64,000 nucleotides of DNA from Minisyncoccota bacterium (GTDB lineage Bacteria > Patescibacteriota > Minisyncoccia > Phycocordibacterales > UBA9973), in the NCBI GenBank assembly GCA_041663005.1, contig JBAZRK010000001.1:93360-157359 (forward strand). The letters run 5' to 3'. The translations under genes were made by a program, and so were the position numbers. The notes under the pieces are model-generated. The model searched no databases and had not been told where the DNA came from. It saw only the letters and a program-made list of their open reading frames with translations. Shown here in pieces: positions 8,969-17,710 of this stretch. How positions within the stretch are numbered: position 1 is the first letter of the stretch; each line of letters starts with the position of its first letter.

Positions 8969-10729
8969 ATGTTTTCTTTCAAGAAAATATTCAAATATTA
9001 CCTCATACTGATGAAGCCGTACTGGCTGCCATTTAGCCTGCTTTTTGTGCTTGTTTCTTTAAGAATTTTATTTACTCTGGCGCTTGCCCCTTTTGTCTAC
9101 AAAAACATAATCGATGTTTTAAGCTTGACCGGTCTTAGTGTGACGGAACGATCCGAAGTAGCTTTCTTGTTTCTAATTCCATTTGCGGCTGGTCTTGTTT
9201 CATCGGGAGCAGTGAATAGGTATCGGGAATTTATAAGTTTTAAAATTTTAAGTAATGTTACGAAAGATATTTATGATTTCTCTTTTTCCAAATTAGCTAA
9301 TCATTCATATACATTTTATTCCAACCGTTTTTCCGGCGGCTTGGTGGCCAAGGTGAAGCGTTTCGCGCGTTCATTCGAAGTGATAAATAAAATAATAGTC
9401 GGAAGCTTTTGGTTCGTGATGGTTCTCATAATTGCGGCAACCATCATACTCTACAGTCAGTCAAAGATTATTGCTTTATATTTATCTGTCTGGTCTCTTG
9501 GCTTTGCATTAATCACTCTTTTTTTTGTTAAACAAAAAATCAAACTTGACGTAGTCGAGGCCGAGGCCGATTCGCGCATCACGGCGGTTTTAGCAGATTC
9601 CATTACCAATATATTAAACGTTAAAGTATTCTCTGCTTTTCAGAAGGAGCTAGACTATTTCAAAAAATTTAGCGAATTCTTACGAGAGCGTATTTATGCC
9701 AGTGCTAAGTTTAGTATGCTGCGCTCCATTATCCAGACCGTACTGATGGTTGCTTTTCAGGTTTATATTTTACATACAATGTTATCTCTCTGGAGAGCTG
9801 GAGAAATCAGTCTGGGTGTATTTACCTTGACATACGTCTATGTTTTCTTGATATTCGAGCGTATTTGGGATTTGTCGGAGGACACAGCGACATTTATGAA
9901 AGCGGTAGCCGACATGAAAGAGATGGTGGATATCTTTGAAGTGCCGTCTGATATTGTTGACCCCGTAGACCCAGAGCTGGTTAAAATTAAGGAAGGCCAC
10001 ATTGTTTTTAAAGATGTTTCCTTTAAGTATGAGCTCGGAGAGAATGTGCTTGCCAATTTTAATTTGGATATACAACCGGGCGAGCGCGTAGGGTTGGTGG
10101 GCCATTCGGGGACAGGTAAATCGACTCTTACGAAATTACTTCTGCGGTTTAATGAAGTGACTTCTGGGACCATTGTCATCGATGGTCAAAATATTCGCAA
10201 CATTACCCAAGACGATTTACGTCGCTCGATTTCATATGTCTCACAAGAACCCATTTTATTTCACAGGCCAATTGCTGAAAACATAAATTATGGTAAACCT
10301 TCCGCTACTCTCGAGGAGACAATGGAAGTTGCAAAAAAGGCTCATGCGCATGAATTTATCTCCAAGCTTTCGCGCGGGTATGCTACGCTAGTAGGCGAGC
10401 GTGGCGTTAAGCTTTCCGGCGGTGAACGGCAGCGTATAGCCATAGCTCGTGCAATGCTCAAAGATGCTCCCATCATAGTGTTAGATGAGGCCACGAGTTC
10501 ACTCGATAGTGTAAGCGAATTTTACATTCAGGATGCCTTCGGAGAACTTATGAAAGGCAAAACGGCGATTGTTATTGCGCACCGTTTGTCGACTATCCAG
10601 AAAATGGACAGAATTGTAGTGCTCGATCAGGGTCAAATAGTGGAAGAAGGTACGCACAAGCAGCTACTTGCTAAAGGTGGTATTTATGCCGACCTATGGG
10701 AACATCAAACCGGCGGATTTTTGGAATAA
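8969..10729 (+). CDS. ABC transporter, fused permease/ATP-binding protein (MsbA-like exporter)
   Basis: Six-helix TM domain, then Walker A (GHSGTGKST), signature LSGGERQR and Walker B (IIVLDEATSSLD). Confidence 0.85.
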   Translation: MFSFKKIFKYYLILMKPYWLPFSLLFVLVSLRILFTLALAPFVYKNIIDVLSLTGLSVTERSEVAFLFLIPFAAGLVSSGAVNRYREFISFKILSNVTKDIYDFSFSKLANHSYTFYSNRFSGGLVAKVKRFARSFEVINKIIVGSFWFVMVLIIAATIILYSQSKIIALYLSVWSLGFALITLFFVKQKIKLDVVEAEADSRITAVLADSITNILNVKVFSAFQKELDYFKKFSEFLRERIYASAKFSMLRSIIQTVLMVAFQVYILHTMLSLWRAGEISLGVFTLTYVYVFLIFERIWDLSEDTATFMKAVADMKEMVDIFEVPSDIVDPVDPELVKIKEGHIVFKDVSFKYELGENVLANFNLDIQPGERVGLVGHSGTGKSTLTKLLLRFNEVTSGTIVIDGQNIRNITQDDLRRSISYVSQEPILFHRPIAENINYGKPSATLEETMEVAKKAHAHEFISKLSRGYATLVGERGVKLSGGERQRIAIARAMLKDAPIIVLDEATSSLDSVSEFYIQDAFGELMKGKTAIVIAHRLSTIQKMDRIVVLDQGQIVEEGTHKQLLAKGGIYADLWEHQTGGFLE

Positions 10730-10734
10730 AAGTT

Positions 10735-12537
10735 ATGGACCTCAAACACATAAGAAATTTCAGCATCATTGCCCACATTGACCATGGTAAATCTACCTTG
10801 GCTGACAGGATGCTTGAAATCACACATACCATAGAAAAGAGAAAAATGCGCGAGCAGGTGCTTGATTCTATGGAGCTCGAACGAGAGCGGGGCATAACCA
10901 TAAAAATGCAACCGGTACGAATGCATTATGCTCTTAATAATGAAAAATATATTTTAAATTTGATTGATACACCTGGGCACATAGACTTTTCCTACGAGGT
11001 CTCCCGTGCGCTTAAGGCCGTAGAAGGTTCAATTCTGCTTGTCGATTCTACGCAGGGAGTGCAGGCGCAGACCCTGACGACCTTGGCGATGGCTCGGGAA
11101 GGGGGGTTGAAAATTATCCCGGTGTTGTCGAAAATAGACTCTCCGCTTTCACGAGTCGAAGAAGTAAAAGAAGAAGTTGTCGAGCTTTTGGGCTGCAGAG
11201 AAGAAGAAATACTTCTGGTGTCCGGACGTACCGGCGAAGGAGTGGAAGATTTACTTCACGCAGTGATAAAGATTATTCCCGAGCCTAGGTCTATGCATCG
11301 CGAAGACAATATGCTAAGGGCGCTCGTTTTCGATTTCAAATATTCGAACCATCGGGGAGTAATTGTTTTCGTTCGAGTGCTGGACGGCAAGGTTGCCAAA
11401 GGGGATACCTTACTTTTCGCTGTCTCTGGAGAGAAATTTACAGCTTTAGAGGTCGGCACTTTTTCTCCAGAAGAAACCTCGGCGGAATTCCTCTCGCAGG
11501 GAGAGATAGGCTATATCGTTACCGGAATCAAGAAGCCCGGGATTGCTTCGGTTGGAGATACTATTACGATGTTTAAAAACCCACTACCGGCTTTTCCTGG
11601 CTATATGCAGCCTTTGCCTGTTGTTTGGGCTTCAGTCTTCCCTGAAGATGCAGACGATTTCCCTGAGTTGAAACTTGCACTTGGTAAACTAAAGCTTTCC
11701 GATTCTGCTTTTTCTTATGAAGAGGAGGCATCGGGTTCACTAGGAAAAGGTTTTCGTTGCGGATTTCTCGGGATGCTGCACCTGGAAATTATCACAGAAC
11801 GACTGAAGCGGGAATTTAATTTGAAACTAGTTATTACCACACCCTCGATTACTTACGAGGTGCTACTCAAAAACGGCAAGGTTGAAAAAATTTACTCGCC
11901 TTACTTTTTCCCAGATGATGGTCTCGTTGAAACAGTCTACGAACCGTGGGTGAAATTGAAAATCATAACCCCAGCCGCTTATTTGGGGGGGATTATGCAG
12001 CTTCTTTTCGACCACGAAGGAGAAATAGGAGAAACGGATAACTTCGGAGACAATCGTTCATCTGTTTCGGTGACTATGCCCCTCCGAGAGCTTATGCGGA
12101 ATTTTTTCGATGAATTAAAAAGTGCCTCCTCCGGATATGGCTCTATTTCCTATGAGATAGGAGAAATGCGCGAGGCGAACGTTACCAGGCTCGACCTTTT
12201 GGTTGCCGATGAAGTTGTGCCCGCATTCTCGCGAGTTGTTTCAAGGAAACGCGCCGAGGAAGAAGCGGAAGATGCCGTGGAGAAGCTGGCGAATCTACTG
12301 CCAAGGCAGATGTTCACTTTGAAAGTTCAAGGCAAGGCCTTAGGGCGCATAATCTCATCCCGCACATTGTCCGGTATGAAGAAGGATGTCACTCAGCATA
12401 TGTACGGAGGGGATATTACTCGTAAAATGAAGCTCCGCGAGAAACAAAAAAAGGGTAAGAAAAAAATGAAAGAAAGAGGGAAGGTAAATATTCCCCAAGA
12501 CGTCTTTCTCAAGATGATGCGTTCCAAGGACCGCTAG
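10735..12537 (+). CDS. lepA: elongation factor 4 (LepA)
   Basis: Start reassigned to MDLKHIRNFSIIAHIDHGKSTL, the GTP-binding G1 motif. DTPGHIDF and the LepA-specific C-terminal domain are present. Ends in a basic tail. Confidence 0.9.
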   Translation: MDLKHIRNFSIIAHIDHGKSTLADRMLEITHTIEKRKMREQVLDSMELERERGITIKMQPVRMHYALNNEKYILNLIDTPGHIDFSYEVSRALKAVEGSILLVDSTQGVQAQTLTTLAMAREGGLKIIPVLSKIDSPLSRVEEVKEEVVELLGCREEEILLVSGRTGEGVEDLLHAVIKIIPEPRSMHREDNMLRALVFDFKYSNHRGVIVFVRVLDGKVAKGDTLLFAVSGEKFTALEVGTFSPEETSAEFLSQGEIGYIVTGIKKPGIASVGDTITMFKNPLPAFPGYMQPLPVVWASVFPEDADDFPELKLALGKLKLSDSAFSYEEEASGSLGKGFRCGFLGMLHLEIITERLKREFNLKLVITTPSITYEVLLKNGKVEKIYSPYFFPDDGLVETVYEPWVKLKIITPAAYLGGIMQLLFDHEGEIGETDNFGDNRSSVSVTMPLRELMRNFFDELKSASSGYGSISYEIGEMREANVTRLDLLVADEVVPAFSRVVSRKRAEEEAEDAVEKLANLLPRQMFTLKVQGKALGRIISSRTLSGMKKDVTQHMYGGDITRKMKLREKQKKGKKKMKERGKVNIPQDVFLKMMRSKDR

Positions 12538-12645
12538 CGGAAAATCGGTGCGTAGAGAAGTATCATCGAGATGATGATAAGAACGCTCACAACGGCCCAA
12601 GCTGTCTGTATTTTCTTTTGATGTTTTTTATTGAAAAGCATACAA

Positions 12646-12653
12646 TGTATAAT
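12646..12653 (+). promoter_or_regulatory. extended -10 promoter element (TGTATAAT) upstream of the ftsB-like gene
   Basis: TGnTATAAT match lies about 50 nt upstream of ATG 12706. Confidence 0.3.
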
Positions 12654-12705
12654 AGCACATATAAAGATTATGAGAAACTACGAACACAGTGGCGGGAAAA
12701 GAAAT

Positions 12706-13047
12706 ATGCTGGAATCCAAGCCGGTGCTCATCTTGCTTGGCATGGTTATACTTATTTTCACCTGGAGCGTGTTGCGTTTTTGGATAAAAATGTCGGAAAC
12801 CGGTAAAAACAAGGCTTTAGTTCAGGAAAAAACTGAGGCTCTACGCGAACAGAAAGAAACTCTGGTAACGGATATTAACAAACTCAAAACAGATCGCGGG
12901 AAGGAAGAATTTGTGCGAGAAAACTTCGGCTTGGCAAAGGAAGGGGAGGACGTGATTATAATCGTCGAGGACGAAGCTGTCAAAACCGAACCTAAAAGGG
13001 GCAAGATTTCGGGCTTCTTCGCCTTCTTTGCGGATCTATTTAAATAA
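12706..13047 (+). CDS. ftsB: septum formation initiator (FtsB/DivIC family)
   Basis: Start reassigned to MLESKP. Single TM helix followed by a coiled coil and then RENFGLAKEGE, which is typical of FtsB/DivIC. Confidence 0.6.
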   Translation: MLESKPVLILLGMVILIFTWSVLRFWIKMSETGKNKALVQEKTEALREQKETLVTDINKLKTDRGKEEFVRENFGLAKEGEDVIIIVEDEAVKTEPKRGKISGFFAFFADLFK

Positions 13048-13061
13048 GTTATAATGTCTGT

Positions 13062-14033
13062 ATGAAAATTGCATTTTTTAGTGTGGAAAAAGGGAAGCAG
13101 GCACCCTTTGTCGGGGCTTTTCCGGAGTCGGAAATCGTTTTTATAGAAGAAACACTAAATGAAGACACTGCCAGAAAGGGTAGCGATGCGGACATTGCTT
13201 GCCTCTTCGTGGATTCAAGCGTAAGCAAAAGCGTTATTGACGCTATGCCAAATTTGAAATTTATTGCCACTCGTTCCACGGGTTACAACCATATTGATGT
13301 AGAATATGCCAAGAGCAAAGGAATCCCGGTTGCCAATGTTCCTGCCTACGGTTCGTACACAGTTGCCGAATTCAGCTTCGGGCTTCTGCTCAACCTTTCT
13401 CGTAAAATTATCGAAGCAAGCAACTATGTGAAAAATTCAATGGATTTTCATTACAACAACTCGATGGAAGGTTTTGACCTGCAAGGCAAAACTCTGGGAG
13501 TTGTGGGCACCGGTAGAATCGGGAAAAATATGGTGAAAATAGCGAAGGGTTTCGGTATGAAAATTATCGCCTGCGACCTTTATCCAGACCTAGATTTTGC
13601 AAAAGAATATGGTTTTGAATATAAAACTCTAGATCAGGTACTCGAAGAGTCCGACATAGTGTCCCTCCATACTCCTTACAGCATAGACAATCATCATATC
13701 CTAGCCAGGGAAAATATTTCCCGAATGAAACGCGGGGCTTATGTTGTTAACACGGCTCGAGGCGAGCTTATAGACACCGAGGCTCTAGTTTGGGGGCTTA
13801 AGGAGGGCATCATTGCCGGCGCTGGACTCGATGTTCTCGAAGAAGAAAAAAGTTTAAAGAAAGGAGAGGCAACTAAAATATGTGACCTTAATCGTGAGTT
13901 AATGAAAATGCCTAACGTAATAATTACTCCACACTCGGCATTTTTCACAGTGGAAGCTGTTGATGAAATTTCTAAAGTTACGGTTGAAAATATAAAGAGT
14001 TTTCTTGCCGGAAAGCCGGAAAATTTAGTTTAA
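13062..14033 (+). CDS. D-isomer-specific 2-hydroxyacid dehydrogenase (glycerate/hydroxypyruvate or lactate dehydrogenase-like)
   Basis: NAD-binding motif GVVGTGRIGKNMVKIAKGFGMKI and the catalytic R/E/H context (NTARGELID). Confidence 0.8.
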   Translation: MKIAFFSVEKGKQAPFVGAFPESEIVFIEETLNEDTARKGSDADIACLFVDSSVSKSVIDAMPNLKFIATRSTGYNHIDVEYAKSKGIPVANVPAYGSYTVAEFSFGLLLNLSRKIIEASNYVKNSMDFHYNNSMEGFDLQGKTLGVVGTGRIGKNMVKIAKGFGMKIIACDLYPDLDFAKEYGFEYKTLDQVLEESDIVSLHTPYSIDNHHILARENISRMKRGAYVVNTARGELIDTEALVWGLKEGIIAGAGLDVLEEEKSLKKGEATKICDLNRELMKMPNVIITPHSAFFTVEAVDEISKVTVENIKSFLAGKPENLV

Positions 14034-14038
14034 ATACT

Positions 14039-15313
14039 ATGGACCAAAAACGAATAAAGAACTTTGAGAACTTGGCAACGACCGAAAATCGCAAATTGGC
14101 TTTACTCGTGGCGGAGGCGGGGCTCGACGCTCTGGATACCGGTCGGGTTATTGCAAGCTCAGTTACTCTAAATGGTAATATTTTACAAATACAAGGAGAA
14201 AGTTTTGATTTGTCTAAGTTTAAAAATATTAAAGTTGTAGGTTTCGGCAAGGCATCTTGTACAGCTGCGCTTGCCCTAGAGAAGATTCTAGGTTCACGGA
14301 TAGGCGGCGGGGCGGTTATCGGTTTAGAAAAAAATAAATGTGAATACGTTGAAACTTTTGCTGGAACGCATCCGAAACCTTCTGCTCCAAACATACTGGC
14401 GGGGCAGAAGATTTTCGAATTGGTTAAAAATTCTACAATAGACGATTTGATTATTGCGCTTGTGTCTGGGGGTGGGTCCGCGCTTCTTTGTAGCTCTGCC
14501 AAGGAGAGCGAGCAGGGTATAAAGCTGTATGAATCCTTTTTAAAGACAGGTAAAACTATCAGTGTTTTGAATACTGTCAGGAAGCACTTATCTATCCTTA
14601 AGGGTGGAGGATTGGCCGAGATTGCTTACCCAGCAACAGTTATCGGTCTAATTTTCTCAGATGTACCTGGAGATAATTTTGGTGATGTTGCTTCCGGTCC
14701 TACCTATAAAGATGTCTCTACCGTAGCGGATGCGGAAAAAATAATAGCCGATAATAACCTTGGGGATTTTGATTTAATGGAAACACCAAAGGACGATAAA
14801 TATTTTGAAAAAGTTCATAATTTCGTTTTGGTTTCTAATAAAACCGCCTCAGATGTTATGGTGCTGAAGGCGCGCGAGCTGGGGCTCGACGCAGAAATTA
14901 TTTCCACAGAACTTTACGAAGAGACTCACTTAGCGCTCGATAAGATATTTTCAGCGGAGAAGGAAAATACAGTAATTATCGCTGCAGGAGAACCCAAAAT
15001 GAAGGTAGCAGAACGCCATGGTAAAGGTGGGCGTAGTCTGCATATGGCTTTAATGGCGCTCAATAATAAAAAAATAAATGCAGACTCTGTTTTCATAACA
15101 CTTGCGTCGGACGGCCTAGACAACAGCGATGCTGCGGGGGCAATAGTGGATGCAACTACATTTGAAAAAATGAAAAAGCTAGACCTAGAGTGCGAGAACT
15201 ACCTAAACGGATTTAACTCTTATCCGTTTTTTGCAAAAACTGGAGATATGATAATGACTGGTCCAACAGGCGCAAACGTTGCCGACCTGATGATTCTTTT
15301 AAATAAAAAATAA
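14039..15313 (+). CDS. glycerate 2-kinase (MOFRL/GckA family)
   Basis: VGFGKAS ... ALVSGGGSALL ... GEPKMKV pattern typical of the MOFRL-family glycerate kinases that I recall. Confidence 0.6.
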   Translation: MDQKRIKNFENLATTENRKLALLVAEAGLDALDTGRVIASSVTLNGNILQIQGESFDLSKFKNIKVVGFGKASCTAALALEKILGSRIGGGAVIGLEKNKCEYVETFAGTHPKPSAPNILAGQKIFELVKNSTIDDLIIALVSGGGSALLCSSAKESEQGIKLYESFLKTGKTISVLNTVRKHLSILKGGGLAEIAYPATVIGLIFSDVPGDNFGDVASGPTYKDVSTVADAEKIIADNNLGDFDLMETPKDDKYFEKVHNFVLVSNKTASDVMVLKARELGLDAEIISTELYEETHLALDKIFSAEKENTVIIAAGEPKMKVAERHGKGGRSLHMALMALNNKKINADSVFITLASDGLDNSDAAGAIVDATTFEKMKKLDLECENYLNGFNSYPFFAKTGDMIMTGPTGANVADLMILLNKK

Positions 15314-15320
15314 GCGAAAT

Positions 15321-16433
15321 TTACTCTTTCCCTACAGCTTCCGATATATTTTTATAACCTTCTTGTTTTAAGAGTTCTACTAACCCCAGATTAATGTCGC
15401 TTTGGAGTTGCGGTCCATCGAATATCATACCCGTCATAAGCTGTACAAGGCTCGCCCCAGCTTTTATTTTACGATACGCATCATGGGCGCTAAATATTCC
15501 TCCGACCCCTATAATCACATATTTACCCCTGGTGTTTTTATATACGTATCTGATTAGGTCGTCTGATAATTGGCCTACAACCTTGCCAGAGATGCCACCA
15601 TTTTGGGGTATGTTGTCGTCGAGAATTTCCTTGCTTTGACGATGCTTAGTAAGGTTGGTGCACACGAAGCCGTCTACTTGGAAGTTCGCGCTAACTGCAA
15701 GGATCTCGTCAACTTGGGCAGGACTCAAGTCGGGGGATAATTTTAAGAAAACGGGTTTAGTTTTAGTAATAGAAAAAATTTTCCGGAGTAACTTCTCAAG
15801 TTTATTTTTGTCAGTGAAAGGTTGTCCGCCGAAGGCGTTCGGACAACTTATATTTATTGTTGTGTAGTCACCGATACCCTCGAAAGTTTTATAGGATTTA
15901 AAGTAATCATTTACACCGCCTTCGTCGTTAACAGTATTTGGGTTGTTGGTTTTGGCAATATTGATACCGAGAACCAGTGGAAACTTCTTCCCAGTCAATT
16001 TTTTAGCGATTTTCTCGCAGCCGATGTTTTTAAGTCCGTAATAAACAACGAGTGATTTTGATTTTTTCAAACGCCACAGTCGCGGTTTCGGGTTACCCTC
16101 ACAGGGTTCACCGGTTATAGAACCCACTTCGGTGAAGCCGAAACCGAGCGAAGGCATTATGTCTACCATCTTCGCGTCCTTGTCGAAGCCTGCCGAAAGC
16201 CCCACTGGATTTTTAAATTTTATACCTAGAATGTTTTGTTCTAATGCCGGGTGAGAATATCCCCAGAGACAGTAAGACATTTTTCGCGTCAGGGAAAATT
16301 TCCCCAGAAAATGCAAAGCGACGGACATAATATCGTGGATTTTTTCCGGGTCAATCTGGAAAAATATCGGTTTTACTAGCCACTGGTACTTTTTCCGCAT
16401 TATTAAATTTCGTAGCCAGACTAGGTTTTCCAC
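15321..16433 (-). CDS. pyrD: dihydroorotate dehydrogenase (quinone), class 2
   Basis: N-terminal membrane-association extension, then FKNPVGLSAGFDKD and the C-terminal IIGVGGI FMN-binding signature. Confidence 0.8.
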   Translation of the reverse strand: MENLVWLRNLIMRKKYQWLVKPIFFQIDPEKIHDIMSVALHFLGKFSLTRKMSYCLWGYSHPALEQNILGIKFKNPVGLSAGFDKDAKMVDIMPSLGFGFTEVGSITGEPCEGNPKPRLWRLKKSKSLVVYYGLKNIGCEKIAKKLTGKKFPLVLGINIAKTNNPNTVNDEGGVNDYFKSYKTFEGIGDYTTINISCPNAFGGQPFTDKNKLEKLLRKIFSITKTKPVFLKLSPDLSPAQVDEILAVSANFQVDGFVCTNLTKHRQSKEILDDNIPQNGGISGKVVGQLSDDLIRYVYKNTRGKYVIIGVGGIFSAHDAYRKIKAGASLVQLMTGMIFDGPQLQSDINLGLVELLKQEGYKNISEAVGKE

Positions 16434-16474
16434 GTATGTAATACTATCAAAAATATGGTAAAATAAGAAGTATA

Positions 16475-17695
16475 ATGGATTCGAGTAAAATTATTACCAA
16501 AATTACCGCGGAAGAGATTAAAGATTCGCGAGGTAACCCCACGCTTAAAGTGGTGGTAAATGTCGACGGCCAGTCGGGAAGTTTCTCTGTACCTTCTGGT
16601 GCTTCTACGGGAGCCTATGAAGCCTTAGAGCTCCGTGACGATGACGGCAAAGGCGTAAAAACAGCTGCTGGAAAAGTGAACACGATCATTGCTCCGGCGT
16701 TAGTAGGGAAGAATATTTTTAGCCAAAAAGAAATAGATGAAACAATGCTTGCGCTTGACGGAACGGACAACAAGAGTAACCTAGGCGGCAACGCAATGAT
16801 TGGGGTCAGTATCGCGTGCGCCCGGGCAGGAGCCGTAGTCACTGGTAAAGAAGTCTTTGAATATCTGCGCACATTGGCTGAAGTAAAACCATCACGAGAA
16901 ACCCCGCACTTGTATATGAATGTGGTGAACGGTGGCAAGCACGCAAAAAACGGCCTAGCCTTTCAGGAGTACATGATTGTACCCGACACTCTGAATGCAG
17001 AGGAAGCGCTTGAGATAGGAATTAGTATACAGAATACTCTTAAAGAAAATATAATGAAGAAGCTTGGGCCAGATTCGGTTGTCTTCGGGGACGAAGGAGG
17101 ATTTGCTCCGAAGATTAACGACATCCGAGAGCCGTTATATTTTCTTCATGAAGCAATAAAGCAGAACGGACTGGAAGGTAAGATTCGCTTGGCGCTTGAT
17201 GTTGCCGCCACCTCTTTTTATACGGATGGTCAATATGAAGTCGGCGGACAAAAAATTTCAAAAGAAGAACTTTTGGAAATATACAAATCAATCCAGAAAG
17301 AATTTAATTTGCTGTCTATTGAAGACCCGTTCGAAGAAACAGATTTTGCGAGTTTCCGAGCCCTTACGGGAGAGCACGGTGCCCTGGTGGTTGGCGACGA
17401 CCTTACAGTCACGAACGTTAAACTTTTAAAACAAGCGATAGAGAATAAAAGTATAAGTGCTATGATAATCAAGCCGAACCAAATAGGTACGCTTTCGGAA
17501 ACCCTCGACACTATGAAGCTCGCTAGGGAAAACGACATCGAACTTATCGTGAGTCATAGAAGCGGAGAAACGGATGACGATTTTATTGCGGATTTAGCAT
17601 ATGCGTTCGGTTGTTTCGGATTAAAGGCAGGTGCGCCGTCACGTCCAGAGCGACTGGTGAAATATAGAAGATTAGTGAAGATTACAAATTTATAA
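16475..17695 (+). CDS. eno: enolase
   Basis: SGASTGAYEALELRD, the IKPNQIGTLSET signature and SHRSGETED are all present. Confidence 0.9.
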   Translation: MDSSKIITKITAEEIKDSRGNPTLKVVVNVDGQSGSFSVPSGASTGAYEALELRDDDGKGVKTAAGKVNTIIAPALVGKNIFSQKEIDETMLALDGTDNKSNLGGNAMIGVSIACARAGAVVTGKEVFEYLRTLAEVKPSRETPHLYMNVVNGGKHAKNGLAFQEYMIVPDTLNAEEALEIGISIQNTLKENIMKKLGPDSVVFGDEGGFAPKINDIREPLYFLHEAIKQNGLEGKIRLALDVAATSFYTDGQYEVGGQKISKEELLEIYKSIQKEFNLLSIEDPFEETDFASFRALTGEHGALVVGDDLTVTNVKLLKQAIENKSISAMIIKPNQIGTLSETLDTMKLARENDIELIVSHRSGETDDDFIADLAYAFGCFGLKAGAPSRPERLVKYRRLVKITNL

Positions 17696-17710
17696 GTTTA
17701 ACAATAAATT